Assembly (NCBI GenBank): GCA_025594325.1
Contig: JANHCV010000004.1
Span: forward strand, 682,001 to 746,000
DNA from: Blastocladiella emersonii ATCC 22665
Taxonomy: Eukaryota > Fungi > Blastocladiomycota
Reading direction: 5' to 3'
Length of the DNA stretch: 64,000 nt
Numbering within the stretch: position 1 is the stretch's first letter; each line of letters opens with the position of its first letter. This document shows positions 22,179-34,318 of the stretch, in pieces. Position numbers and translations under genes: made by a program. Below the pieces are notes generated by a model. It saw only the letters and a program-made list of their open reading frames with translations. It was not told the DNA's origin and did no database searches.

Positions 22179-22406
22179 GGTGTGTCGATGCGTTGCAGTG
22201 TGCTAAGAGTATGAGGAGTCCCTTCAGTCGGGGAGTGTCCCTTTGAGAGGAGAGAGAAGAGAGCGGCGCACTCGCGCGACCTTTGCGGCGAACACCCGCG
22301 TGGGCCTTCTCCCCCACCGCCACCAAGTCCTCAGATCCACCCGATAGTTCATCACACTCCTCATCAACCATCACATTCCACCTCACTCTTCACACACAGC
22401 CATCAC

Positions 22407-25400
22407 CTAGTCGTCAGCGTCGCGCTTGGCGCGCTTGCGGGGCCGCCCGCTCGACGCGCCGTCGGCGGCGCGCTTCTCGGCCTTGCCGGCGGTGCGGTAG
22501 TACTCCTTGGCCTTCTCCTTGCGCACGGCCTCGTCCTTCTTGGCCTCGCGGGCGGCGACCTTGTCGCGCTCGGCGCGCTTGGCCGCGTCCTTTTTCTGCT
22601 TGCGGTCCTCGCGGTCATACTTGAGCGTGCGGATCTGGGCCAGGAGCTGCGTGACCTTGCGCTCCTCGGGCTCGGCGACGACGGCGCGCCGCTGCAGGAG
22701 GCCGGGCCGCTTGCGCGCGGACTCGGTCTTGGGCTTGGACTTGAAGGGCAGGTCCTTCTGCAGGGTCTTGGGCACCTTGAGCGGCGCAAAGACGCGGGTC
22801 TCGGGCCGCTCCTTGATGTCGCGGTACACCGAGTCCGACTTGGACGGGATCGCGACGCCGAGCTCGTGGCGGACCGTGTTGGCGAGGCGCATGCCGCGCC
22901 ACGCCGTCTTGTCCTGCAGGAGCAGCGAGGTCACCGGGTTGCAGAACTTCTTGGGCTTGACCGGGTACCACGCCTTGAGGAACACGATATCGCTCGGCAG
23001 CACCTTGTCCTCGAAGGTGGCGCGGAACGTGCCCTCGGGCTGCGCCGCCTTCTTGACCTGCCCGCGGATCCCCGACACGGTCTTGATGGCCGCGCCCTCG
23101 AACTTGGCCACCTCGAGCGACGACGTGAACATGTCGCGCACGAACGCCGTGTTCTTGAAGATCTTGAACGGCGAGCCCGTCAGCTTGAGCTTCTTGACGA
23201 TGGCCGTCGACTTGTTGATGTCGAGCACGGTCCCCGTCGCGGCCACGCGGAAGTCGGGCGTCCCACCCTCGACCGACTGGAACGCGCAGAACCCCGTGTT
23301 GGGCGCGGCCGTGGGCCCGTAGAAGGTGGCGAGGCAGTGCATGTGCAGCGGCGTGTACTTGAGCATGCGGTTGCGGATGCGGTCGTCGAGCGAGTACAGC
23401 GGCGTGGTCTGGAACCGGCGCCACCCGAGCGACACGATGAGCGGGTCGTTGGTCTTGAGGATCTTCTTGTACCACCGGTGCTTCTTGATGCGCACCTGCA
23501 TGAACGCGTACTGGTCCTCGCCCTGCCCGACGCCGCCGACAACGACGGGGTACCGCGGGTCAAAGTGCTCGATGAACTCGCACGGCATGCGCTCGAGGAT
23601 CACGCGGACGTAGCTGCCGGGCGCGTGCCCGAGGACACGCACGCGCGACGCCTCGTCGTCGGCGCCAAACTCGTCGCGCGTCAGCTCCACCTGCTTCTGC
23701 AGCTGCTCCTTCATCACGTCAAAGTACGTCTTCTCCTTGTCGGCCTCGTCGTCCGACATGCCGTCGTACTCGGCGTCGAACTTGCGCTTGAGGTCCTCGC
23801 GCTTCTTGGCCAGCTCCTCCTCCTCGGTCGCTTCTCGCGGTACCCCGTCGCCGTCGCCGTCCTCGTCGTCGCTGAGCGACGGGCCCTTGGACTCGGCACC
23901 GGCGTCGTCGGCGCCCTCCAGGTCCTCGAAATCGCCGTCCATGTCCTCGTACTCGGGGTCCACGTCGGCGCCGGCACCCTCGGCACCCTCCTCGCCGTCC
24001 GCGGGCAGCTCGCCCGTGATGAACCGGTCGCGGATCGAGTCGAGCGTGGCCTCGTCGTCCCAGTGCGCGAGGTCCATGTCGAGGGGCGACTTGCGGACCG
24101 CGTCCTCGAGCGACCCGAGCTCGTCCGTGGCCTTCTTGGCGACGAACAGGAGGTCCTCGGCGTCCTCGACCGCGCGCAGCACCGCCTTGGCCTTGGCCTT
24201 GCCGGCCGCGTCCGCGTCCGAGGCGGCGGCAGCGGCACCGTACACGAGGTCCATGAGGTTCAGGCGCTTGCGCGCGGCCGCCTTGAAGTTGGCCACGGCG
24301 CGCTCGGCCATGCCGCGCTTCCACTGCTGGCCCGTCGCCGCGAGCTCGTCGTCCGACTCGGGGGCGTCGGCCTCGGCCTCGTCGTCGGTCATGTCGATGA
24401 CGTTGTCCTCGACGTACGCGAGCTCCTGGTCCTGCTCCTCGGCGGGCATGCCCTCGAGCGCGGCCATGGCGCGGCGCCGGCCCTCGCGCCGCGGGTACGA
24501 CGCGCCCATGTCGATGTCGGCGTCGTCGTCGTCCGAGTCCTCGTCCTCCTCGTCGTCCGAGTCCTCGTTCTCCTCGTCGTCCATGTCCGACCCGGCATCG
24601 CTGCCGAAATCGTCCTCGTCGTCGACGTCCATGTCGTCGTCGTCCGAGTCGTCCTCGCCGTCGACAGCCGCGGCAGCAGCGCCGCCGTCCTTGCGCAGGG
24701 CGTCGCCCGTGAGGGCCTTGCCCGAGTCGAAGAGGCGGATGGTCGAGGCCTCGAGCTGGCGGTCGAGGGTGCCCTGGAACTTCTGGAGGTTGACGACCAT
24801 CTTCTCGCCCTCGCCGAGCGCATTCGGGTCGTCGGCGTCGCGGCCCGTGAAGTTGCCGGGGACGTGGATGTAGATGGCGTCCTTGTCGTACATGACGCCG
24901 CCGACGTCGGACATGGGCGCGTAGATGAGCTTGTGCTTGTCCGAGAGGGACTTCTTCTGTGCGTCGGGGAGCGGGCACGGGTCGGGGATGGCCGAGACCT
25001 CGGCGACGACGTGGTCGCCGACGCCCGGGATGTGGACCTTGGCGTTGGCCTTGAGGTAGGTGCCGCGCAGGTAGCCCATGAGGGCGACGCGGCGGTCGGC
25101 CTTGGGGTTAGCCTCGAAGGTCTGGGGCGGGGTCAGGTCCTCGACGCGGTCGGCGAGCAGGTACGGGTGGGCGTTGCGCCAGATGAGCGGGCGGAACTTC
25201 ATGACCGAGATGAACCGCGACAGGTTCAGGATCTCGCTCTTCGGGTAGCTGCCGTTGATGACGCCCGACAGGTAGAAGAGCTTGGCGCCCGGGTAGATCT
25301 CGGTCCAGAACCGCTGCTTGAGCGCCTTCTTGCGGGTGCGCAGCCGCTTGTTGTTCTTGAACTTGTCGAGGTGCGTCAGCACCCCCATGATCTTGGGGAA

Positions 25401-25968
25401 CCCGTGCGTCTGCAGCACGTTGAGGAACTCGAACGTCTCCATCTCGAACCCGAACGCCGCGTCGATGGCGAGCAGCACCAGGTCCGCCGTCTTGGCCACG
25501 TCGATCATCGAGTTGAGGTCGTTGGTGCACTCGACAAACGTCACGCGCTTCTTGCGCCCGACCACCACCGTCACCGGCCCGTTGATCTCGTGGATGTTCT
25601 GCCGCGTGTACCGCTTGACCAGCGACTTGATCAGGGTCGATTTCCCGACGCCCGGCGGGCCCGCGACCGCGATCACGACGGGCGGCGGCTCCGTCGGCGT
25701 GCGGTCGACGAGCGGAACGTGCAGCTTCTTCTGCTGCAGCTCCTCCTTGCGCCGCGCCATCTTCTCGAGGCGCCGGCCGCTCTGCACGGCGAACGCCTAC
25801 GAATGGGAGATCGAGAGAAGAGGGGGTTAGTCGTTCATCGAGGTGCGTCGCGTGAGGGGGGAGCGAACTAACCTTGGGGTTGTTCTTCTCGGCATTCTTG
25901 GGCTTCTTCTTCTCGGCCTTGCGGCCCGAGTGGGCCTTGCGATGCGGCTTCTGCGGTTTGTCTTCCAT
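22407..25968 (-). CDS. BMS1: Ribosome biogenesis GTPase Bms1
   Basis: NNPK|AFA across intron 25797-25872. P-loop [43 protein letters not shown], acidic middle region. Confidence 0.98.
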
Positions 25969-26103
25969 GGCAGTAGTGAGCCGGCGGCGAGTGGAATCGC
26001 GCGCGCGTACGTCAAGGGATCAGGGAAGGAGGGCGACGCGACGCGCGACTCGAGCGAGCGGTCGCGGCGGGTGGTGGCGCGGCAGTGCGTCGCGACCCTG
26101 CAG

Positions 26104-26114
26104 GCGTCACCTGA
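26104..26114. promoter_or_regulatory. GCGTCACCTGA motif upstream of BMS1, followed by an RRPE-like AAGAAAAAATTC at about 26146-26158
   Basis: Same core as 14741 and 54498; lies 136 bp upstream of the BMS1 ATG. Confidence 0.45.
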
Positions 26115-26222
26115 TCGGTTGCTAGGCCCGACGACGCGTCGCGTCAAGAAAAAATTCAGGGTATGGGCGGTTTGTATTTACATTCAACGCTCTGGCTCCG
26201 TGGGCACGACACGACGCGCACC

Positions 26223-26797
26223 TCAGTGGTCCGTGATGAGCGACGTGACGAGCGGGAGCCGCGCGAACACGGTGCCGCGGGCCTCGTTGGGCGCGCTTGT
26301 GGGCGGCGACGGCGGCGAGCTCGCGCGCGCGCGGCAGATCTTGGACTTTTCAACAATGTACTTGTTCTCCTTGTACCGCTGCGCGAGCTCGGCGGCCTCG
26401 AGCTGGTCGGGGTTGGGGGTCAGTGATGGAACGCGTGATTCGAGGGTCGCGAGGGGGAGAGGAGAGCGTACGTATTTCCAGCCGAGCACCTCGCCGCACA
26501 CGACGCAGCTCACGTCCGCGACGACGTGGTGGCCCGTCATGAGCAGGCGCGACTCGGCGGTGCCGAGGACCACGTTCGAGCTACGCAGCGGCGAGGGGAC
26601 GGCGTCAGCGAGGTCGATGGGTGAGGCGAAGCAGCGTACAGCTTGGTGACGAGAAACGCGGGCCCGGTGCGGCCCTGGAACGACTTGGACACGACAAAGT
26701 TGCGCAGCGTGAGGTGCGTGTGGCACCGCGAGCACGTGTAGTACTTTTGGTCGAAGCCGTCGTCCTCGTCGAGGAAGGTGGTGAAGACGCGGCCCAT
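26223..26797 (-). CDS. Yippee/Mis18-family zinc-binding protein
   Basis: [10 protein letters not shown]...[13 protein letters not shown]...[24 protein letters not shown]...YKENKYIVE. Introns 26581-26639 and 26403-26471. Confidence 0.95.
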
Positions 26798-27418
26798 GGC
26801 GAGAGTTGGAAGGGGGTCGGTGATGGCGCGCGTGATGGACTGCGCGCGGTCGTGGGGCGGTTGAGGTGCACCAGAGCGTCGAGGGGTCGAGGAGCAGCAG
26901 GTTACATGCAGCGCGGGTGCACTGGATCCAGGGTCAAGCTGGAGAGGGGAGAGAGGGCGAGGGCCGAGCGGGCGGCAGCCATGGGAAGGGGGCGAACGGC
27001 GAACGGCGACCAGGGGCGCCCGCCTGAACAAGCTCTCTCGAAAACGCGTCGCCGGCGCGCGTGCGCGCATGACCGCGGCGGCGTCACGCGAGCCGCCACC
27101 AACGCGTCGCGGCTTCTTTCTTCCTTCTCCTCGCCCAAGCCTTCCGTGCCCCCTCCACCGCAACGCCTCTCGTGGGAACCCAGCGATCTGGCCAGCCAAC
27201 TCGATGCAACCGCGGCTGACCGATCCGCGGCGGCCGTCGGGACCCGCGGATCTTGGCGACGGCGATGTTCTTGGCGCCCGATTACTCGTCGTGTGGAACG
27301 CTGGGGCTTCGATGCGTGTGTGCCAGGTGGTGTCCGTTTCTCTTGGCACGGCACGCGGTGTAAAAGAGCACCGCGTCCCCCGCGCACCGTTCCCTTTCTC
27401 GCAACCACACTCATAACC

Positions 27419-29129
27419 ATGGCATCGCAGCCCACAACATCGTCCGACTACACCGCGCACGCGCACGCGCCCGCACCTGCTGCCGATGAAGGGCACGGGT
27501 CGAAACGGAGTACGCGAGCTGCTGCCGGACCTCGGTACGACCGCGGTCCTGACTCTCCGCGCGTGCGACTTCGTAGAAGCGCTCCTCGGCCTGGTCAAGC
27601 CGCTGCTCAACCACGCCATGGGCCGCCCGCACGCTCACTCGGCGGGAACGACGACGCCGCCGCCGCCCAACGGCGCCCACCATCATGGCGGCATGGCGAC
27701 GGCCGCGCCCTCCTCGCACATGCAACGCCCGCCGCCGCCGCTCCCGCCCGTCGAGTCGCTGCTGCTCGAGTCGCCGCTGTCGAGCTCCCGCCCCGACCAG
27801 CAGTCGCAGCAGAATGGGCCCATCACGGCGCTCTCGTCCATCGAGTTCAACCCGTCGACGGTGCACGAGGCCATGGACAGCGCGCTGATCCACACGCAGA
27901 CGCTGGCCACGTCGATCCTGGTCCGCGTCGCCGACGCGCACGAGGCCAACGGCACCGCTGACCCGCTCACGCAGCGCCAGCTTGACGCGCTCCGCCACGA
28001 CCTCCTCGGCGCCTCGCCCCAACCGCACCTCGCCCACCTCTCCTTCACCGCGACCGACGCGCGCGCGTACCTGACGTCCGTCCTCGGCCGCGCGATCCTG
28101 CCGCACGTCGCCGCGTGGCTCCCGCGCACCGCGTCCGCGCACGCCGACCGCGCCGCCGCGCGCGACCTGTGGGACGCGATCAAGCGCGCGCAGGCCGCCG
28201 GCCGGCTCGCCGGCGACCCCGTGTCCGAGCTGCCCGAGCACCTGCGCGAGAAGGTGGTCCGCGCCATCGTCGACGCGGTCCTCCCGCACTTTGTGGGAGT
28301 CGACGTGACCCCGGGCGACCTCCACCGCATCGCCAACACCGTCCTCGCCTGCGCGCTCGCGGTCGCGGCGATGCGTGTCGTGCACCCGCGGTTCGAGCTC
28401 GCGTGGCCTGACCGGCACGAGGTGGTGGAGCCGGCGAGCGTCAAGGTGCCGCCGATGCGCACCATCAACGTCGCGGGCGGCGGTGGCGGCGGTGCGAGTG
28501 GCTCGGCAACTGCGCGGGTCGCGTTCACGGTCTGGCCGCGCGTCGCGACCGAGGCCACCGAGATCAAGCACTCGGCCGACGTGTACCGCGCCGTCGTCGT
28601 CGCGTATACCGGCTCGGACCTGGCGTCGCTGACCCCCGTCGCCGCGGTCGCGCCGGAGCGGCCGGTTAGGCTGAGCCCAGCGCTTCCCGTTCGTCCCAAA
28701 ATCACCACCCCGCAGCCCGACCTCACCGCCCGCCAGCCCGCGCTCCCGCCACGGCCCGCGACCGGCGACGGCCTGCGGCCGGAGCTTCCACCGCGCCCGC
28801 CGAGCGCACTCGCCCTGGCCCTGGCCCTGGCCCCGCTGCCGCACCCGTCAGCGGCGACGACGCGCGAGCCCGACTCGCCCCAAGTCTCCGAGTTTGACCG
28901 CAACGGCGGCGGCGAGGCGCCCGCGTGCGAGGCCGGCGTGTACCCCGAGGACACGTACGCCGCCGACGAGCCCGAGCCAGAACAACGCGAGCACGACGCG
29001 CTGGACCTGTCAGCGCACTTTGCCATCGACCTCGCGCGCGACGAGCGCGACAAGCGGGCGCAGGTCGACCACGATCTCGCGCTCGACGAGCTCGGGTTCA
29101 TGATGGGCACGGTGTCGACGTGGAAGTGA
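27419..29129 (+). CDS. Mieap/GIL1-IRKI/GrpE-head-like domain protein (paralogue B of 18164-19879)
   Basis: Intron 27510-27576. SSIEFNPSTVHEAMDSAL matches NSIDFNRGTVHEAMTSAL in A; VVHPRFELAW...TARVAFTVWPRV...YRAVVVAY matches IVHPLYRLDW...TARIACVVLPRV...FRAVVVTY. Confidence 0.85.
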
Positions 29130-29311
29130 GTCTAGATTTTTGAATGCAATGCACTTCTCCGTGCGCGTGTCTCGCGACGATCAGAGCGCGTCTCACGCTC
29201 GCCGCCTGTCCGCTCTTCTCTCCCCGCTCTCCACGGCGGCGTCGCGACCTTCCACCGCGCGCACGCCGAAACTCGATGCAACTTGTTGTTGTGGGCCCGC
29301 CAACTGCTGCT

Positions 29312-30278
29312 ATGATGACGGACGTCGCGCTGGTCTCGCGCGAGGAGGTTGAAGGTCCGCGCCGCGTGCCCGTGATGCATGCATGCACTCCCAACCCCAT
29401 GGATGGATTCTGATGAATGAACGGCGATCGCGCTCCTATAGCCTTCTGCAAGCTCAAGGAGGACGAGCGCAAGTGGGAGCCGCGTACGCTGCTTACTGCT
29501 CCCCGTGTCATCGCGGCCACGACGGTCCCTGACGCTCGCGCGGCGTGATGTACTGTAGATTTCGAGCCCGTGCTGATGCACACGGCGCAGTGTGCCGAGC
29601 TACTGTACGTCCGCGCTCCCCGCCGTCTCGGTCGACCGAGCGCTCACGGCTGACCGTCATCGCCCGCTGCACCAGGTTCCCATGGCAGCTGACGCGTGAG
29701 CTGATCAAGGCGCGGATCATCGAGGTATGCTCCTCGCCCTTCCCCTCACGCCACAATGCAACTCACCACAGACCCCGCCCGTCCCCTCGCACCGCAAGCA
29801 GGTCGTGACGCGGCTCAACACAGATGCCGAGTCGCGCGGCGCGGCGCCCGACAAGGCCGTGGTGAACGCGCAGCTGCGCGTCCTTGGCCGCCACTTTGAC
29901 GCGCTCACGTCGGCGCCGTTCACGACGCAGCGCCTGTGCGAGATCGCCATGGTCCCGCAGCAGGCCGACCTGCTCAAGTACCTGCGCGCCGTCGAGAAGG
30001 TCGTGTGCGTGTCGACCACGTCGCTGCCGCCCGCGCCCGTGGTTGGTGAGGCGGCAGCGCAGGCGGCCGAAGAGGACGAGCCCATGATGCTCGACTCGCA
30101 GACCCCGACGCCGACGCCGACGAGTGTCAATGCTGGGATCCCGCCGCCGCCCGTGCTCGTCATGCCAGTACCGGCCGCTGTCACGGCGGCGAGCGAGGCG
30201 GTGGCCGCGGGGATCGCGACATCGATGCCACCACGCTCGGCGACGCTCGAGGTCACGGACGCAACTGACGCGGTTTGA
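29312..30278 (+). CDS. PPP4R2: Protein phosphatase 4 regulatory subunit 2 (PPP4R2/Psy4)
   Basis: Introns 29355-29440, 29484-29558, 29605-29675 and 29725-29771 give LFPWQLTRELIK...APFTTQRLCEI...KYLRAVEKV. Confidence 0.85.
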
Positions 30279-30411
30279 GGAGAGAGGAGACCAGCAGAAT
30301 GAAAATAAATACAAGAGACATAACCTACATTTGAGAAAGATGGGCGACACGAAAACAATGCGCGAGGGGAGAGGGAGGGGGGCAATAGGGAACAACGACA
30401 CGAGGGAGACA

Positions 30412-31851
30412 TTACTCCTTCTTGGACTTCTTCGACTCCTTCTTGGCCTTCTTCTCGGCCTTGGCAGCCTTCTTGGCGGCCTTGTCAGCCTTGTCGGCCT
30501 TCTCGGTCTTCTTGGGCGACGCGGGGGCGGGGGCGGCGGCGGCGGCGGGAGCCTCGGTCGACTCGGCCTCCGAGTCCGACGACACGGCCTCGGCGGCCTT
30601 GCGCTTGGTGGCGGGGATGGTGGCGTCGGCAACGGGGGCGGCGGCGACCTCCTCGACGGGCTTGGCGGCGTTGGGCACGTCGGTGCGGTTGTAGTCGACG
30701 TACGACTCGGTCCACTGCTTGGGGGTGGTGTCGACGGGGCGGCCGAACTTGTCGAGCTTGCCGTCCTTGATCATCTTCTTCTTCTCCTGGGCCTTGGGGC
30801 CGAGACCCCAGCGGCGCGGGTACGTGTCGCGCTCCATGATGACGCGCTTGATCTTGGCAACGACGCCGTGGTCGACCGTGGCCATGACGGCGGTGGTCAT
30901 CTGGGCGATGGCGAGGGCAATGGCCTCACCCTTGGTCGTCATGAGGACGATCTCGTCGCCGACCTCGATGCCGGCCTCGAAGCGGAGCAGACCGGGCACC
31001 ATCATCTTGGCGCCGTAGCACACGGCGTTGACGGCCGAGTCCTTGACGACGACGCGCTTGTAGCCGACGAGCAGCTTCTCGAGCGGCATGATGACCGAGC
31101 GCAGGTACGACTCGTCCTTGGTGTTGTCGTAGGTCCACTGCGCGTCCATGACGTCGTGCATGGTCACGAGGTTGTCGTTCTCGGACAGGGCACCCGAGCG
31201 GACGCGGCGCAGCTCCTGCATGTGGCCGCCGGTGCCGAGGAGGAGGCCGAGGTGCACGCACAGGGTACGGATGTAGGTACCGGCCTCGCACGAGACCCAG
31301 AAGACGGCGAGGTTGCGGTCCTGGTCGAACTCGATGAGCTTCGAGTCGTAGATGGTGCGGATGCGCAGCTGGCGCTTGACGGCCGAGATGACGGGCGGGC
31401 GCTGGAACAGCGAGCCGGTCAGGGTCTCGATGGCGCCCGCGAGCTTGCGCTCCGAGTCGATGGCGTCGTGCAGGCGGAGCACCGACACGTACTCCTTACC
31501 GGCCGACTGCTGCGACTTGACCAGGCGCGTGGCGCGGTCAATGCAGACAATGAGGCAGCCCGTGACCTTGGGGTCGAGCGTGCCCGAGTGGCCGGTCTTG
31601 TCGCAGCGCAGGATGCGCTTGATCCAGGCGACCACCTCGTGCGACGACGGGTTGGCGGGCTTGTCGAGGTTGATGACACCGTAGCGGATGTACTCCTGCA
31701 GCGGGCGAGCCAGCGGCGACGAGCCCGACGGGATCGGCGTGTAGTGGGCCGAGCGCACGTGCAGCTTGTCGTAGTTGGCGAGCAGCAGGGGCCACTCGGA
31801 CGTGTCGAGGGCGGGCGTCTTGGACTCGGGCTTGATGACGAAGTCGGTCAT
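30412..31851 (-). CDS. CBF5: H/ACA snoRNP pseudouridine synthase Cbf5/dyskerin
   Basis: [32 protein letters not shown] domain, Lys-rich tail; single exon. Confidence 0.99.
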   Translation of the reverse strand: MTDFVIKPESKTPALDTSEWPLLLANYDKLHVRSAHYTPIPSGSSPLARPLQEYIRYGVINLDKPANPSSHEVVAWIKRILRCDKTGHSGTLDPKVTGCLIVCIDRATRLVKSQQSAGKEYVSVLRLHDAIDSERKLAGAIETLTGSLFQRPPVISAVKRQLRIRTIYDSKLIEFDQDRNLAVFWVSCEAGTYIRTLCVHLGLLLGTGGHMQELRRVRSGALSENDNLVTMHDVMDAQWTYDNTKDESYLRSVIMPLEKLLVGYKRVVVKDSAVNAVCYGAKMMVPGLLRFEAGIEVGDEIVLMTTKGEAIALAIAQMTTAVMATVDHGVVAKIKRVIMERDTYPRRWGLGPKAQEKKKMIKDGKLDKFGRPVDTTPKQWTESYVDYNRTDVPNAAKPVEEVAAAPVADATIPATKRKAAEAVSSDSEAESTEAPAAAAAPAPASPKKTEKADKADKAAKKAAKAEKKAKKESKKSKKE

Positions 31852-32250
31852 GGTGGTGATGCTGGTGGTGGTAGTGGTGGGGGGGAGGGAGGAGGAGCAA
31901 GTGCAGGACCAACGAATGCGGATTTGCGCGGGTTAGATTCTCTCGGTGCGTAGCGTCGCGGGTTAAGCTGACGGGTCTGACACCTGTGGGTTGTTGGTAA
32001 GGGAACAGGAGCGGGCTGCGGGATGGCGTCGCTGACGGCGGGCGGCCGGGGAGGGCGGGGCCACGGCCGCGGCGGCAGGGGGCGGCGCGGGCAGTGGCGG
32101 ACGAGCGAACGAGGTGTTGACTGAGGTCAGGTGGGCGGTCCCACTGGTCGCGTGACTCGGTTGCTGGGCGCCTTTTCACTTCGCGCCCTGCTCCGCGCCA
32201 CTCGGACGCGCGAACTCTCCTTTGCCACCCTCTCGCGCATCAAAGACTCA

Positions 32251-33952
32251 ATGGAGCTGATGAAACACGACCGGGGCCCGCCTATCGCGGGATCTTTCTT
32301 GCCGTTAGATGTATTCGAGCAGGTCGTCGCTTTGGCGACTGCGCGGGCAGCTGTCATCGCGGCGTCGAGTGTGCTTCGCGACGCTTTTACGACAACGCCT
32401 CATGCCGAAAGCGCCTGGGTCGCGCGCACAATCATGGGCACGACGCTCGAGGAATACGACGCAGCGGCGCGCACCAAGGATCCGGCGTTTTGGTGTGGCC
32501 GTGCCGATGACACCGATCTCGCCCCAAGCCGCCAGCTCCAGATGCCGCTCGTGTGGTATCTTAAGCTGTGCTTTCCCGGCGCTCTGCGCATGGTCGGCTT
32601 TGTCTCCTCGCCGAACAGCAACCAGGGCAACCGCTCTGCTGGCCTTTCGCACCCGTTTTCAACTTCAATGCTTGCGTTCATCTACCGCCGCAGCCAGCCG
32701 CTCACCACCTCAATCGTCGACGCTTTCGCCCCCTTCGCCGATGTCACGGCTTGGTCTAACGTGCTTCACCGCTCGTTTGGGTTTCGCGCCGTCCCCGAAG
32801 GCCTTTCGCTGCCGTACTTCTTTCTGCACGCGAGCGACCACGATGCCATGTTTGCGTGCTTGGACCGCCTCGTTGCCCTCTCGCCAAGCTTTCTTACCGA
32901 CCGCGCCGACCTCTCAACTTGGTTGCGCTTGTGGCTTATCGAGGACGAGGACGTGCGCGAAAACCTAGGCCCCCTCCTGTTCATTAGTGTTCCCGATTCA
33001 ACGCGATGTCGCGCGTCCGAATCGAGTCCAGCTTACCTTGTTATTCCAACTCTGCTCGCACGTCAACCACCTTGCTCCGCCCCATGTACTCTTTGACTCG
33101 CAGTTGGGCTACTTTGCCCTAAGTCTTGCTGCGAACCGATCCTCCCACAATTTTTTGCTCCTGCCGGTCAATTCGGGCATTGATTTTCGCCTTGCCATCC
33201 ACAGGGCCGTCGAGTATGCTGGCCTTAACATCGATCGCACGGGTTTCGAACGCAAGGAGGTATGCCGGCTATTGCTTGATCTTTTTGGCTCCGCCGTCCG
33301 CAACGGCACGCCCATGACCGTGGATGAACTGCTCGACCTACTTGACGGTTACGGCGAGGAAGGAAGCGAACTGCAGACCGTCCTGGCGTTCCGACTCGCC
33401 TCAGTCCTTGCTCAAACAATCCTTCGTGTCCGTAATGTTCCCGGCTTGGACGACGAGGCGGCTGTCAATGTCTATCTTGTGATTCTTGATGTCATTGCTC
33501 GACGCTATCCGGGGACCTTGTAGACCATGCTTGGCATCTTCAACCGTTTCTCTTTCTTTGAAGCGGCAGATCTTGCCTCAATCGATCCCAATGTCGCGTC
33601 TCATAACGTTCAGCACTTGAAGCTTCTACTGTTTCTCGTGCTGGCCGAGCTCGACGTGGTCTAGTTGCCCCGCGAGGTGTTTCCTGCTGCCTTCGCCGTC
33701 CCGTGGGTCGTGAAGACACTGCTAAAGGCCGCAGCCGATCCGACTCTGCTCAGTGCCGGTTTGACTCGAGCGACTAGCGACTCGCTAACGCTCAAGGCGC
33801 TTTCGGACGGCAAGTACGACCTCACGTGCGCGCTGCTCCGGATCTTCCCGCCGACGGACGCGCTCAAGGCGAACCTCGTGGCCGTGGTCAAGGACAAGGG
33901 GCTCGAAGAGGCCAAGCCGCGGGTGCTCGACGTGTTTGGGATCGAGTACTGA
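32251..33952 (+). pseudogene. Lineage-specific F-box-like gene with one frameshift and two in-frame TAG codons
   Basis: N-terminal LPLDVFEQVVALATAR. +1 shift near the C5 run at about 32969-32973. The same frame then continues through TAG 33521-33523 and TAG 33662-33664 to TGA 33950-33952. Confidence 0.65.
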
Positions 33953-34318
33953 CGGCACCGATCCGCGTTGAGCAAGAGCTGGCTGAATTGTATGTGGCGT
34001 TATACATATCGTGTTCAATTCTTTTGCCTTAACTTGGATGTTCCAAGCGACAGCGTTTCATTTCTTCAACATTGCGATGCTCAATGAGGAACACGACAAA
34101 GCAAGATCTTAACGGGACCGCTTGGCGCGAGACAGGCGCCAGAGCCAGCGTTGGCCGCGATGCGCCACAGCGTGATCTACGGCGTGATGCAGACTTGTCC
34201 TGTTTGGCAGCCGTAGCCAATGGCATTCCTATTTGTTTTCATACACGGTTCTGCCTGCTCCCGGCGTCCCAGTCGCTCACTGCCACGCTCACCCGCCTGC
34301 GCGACTTCGCCGTGGTCA

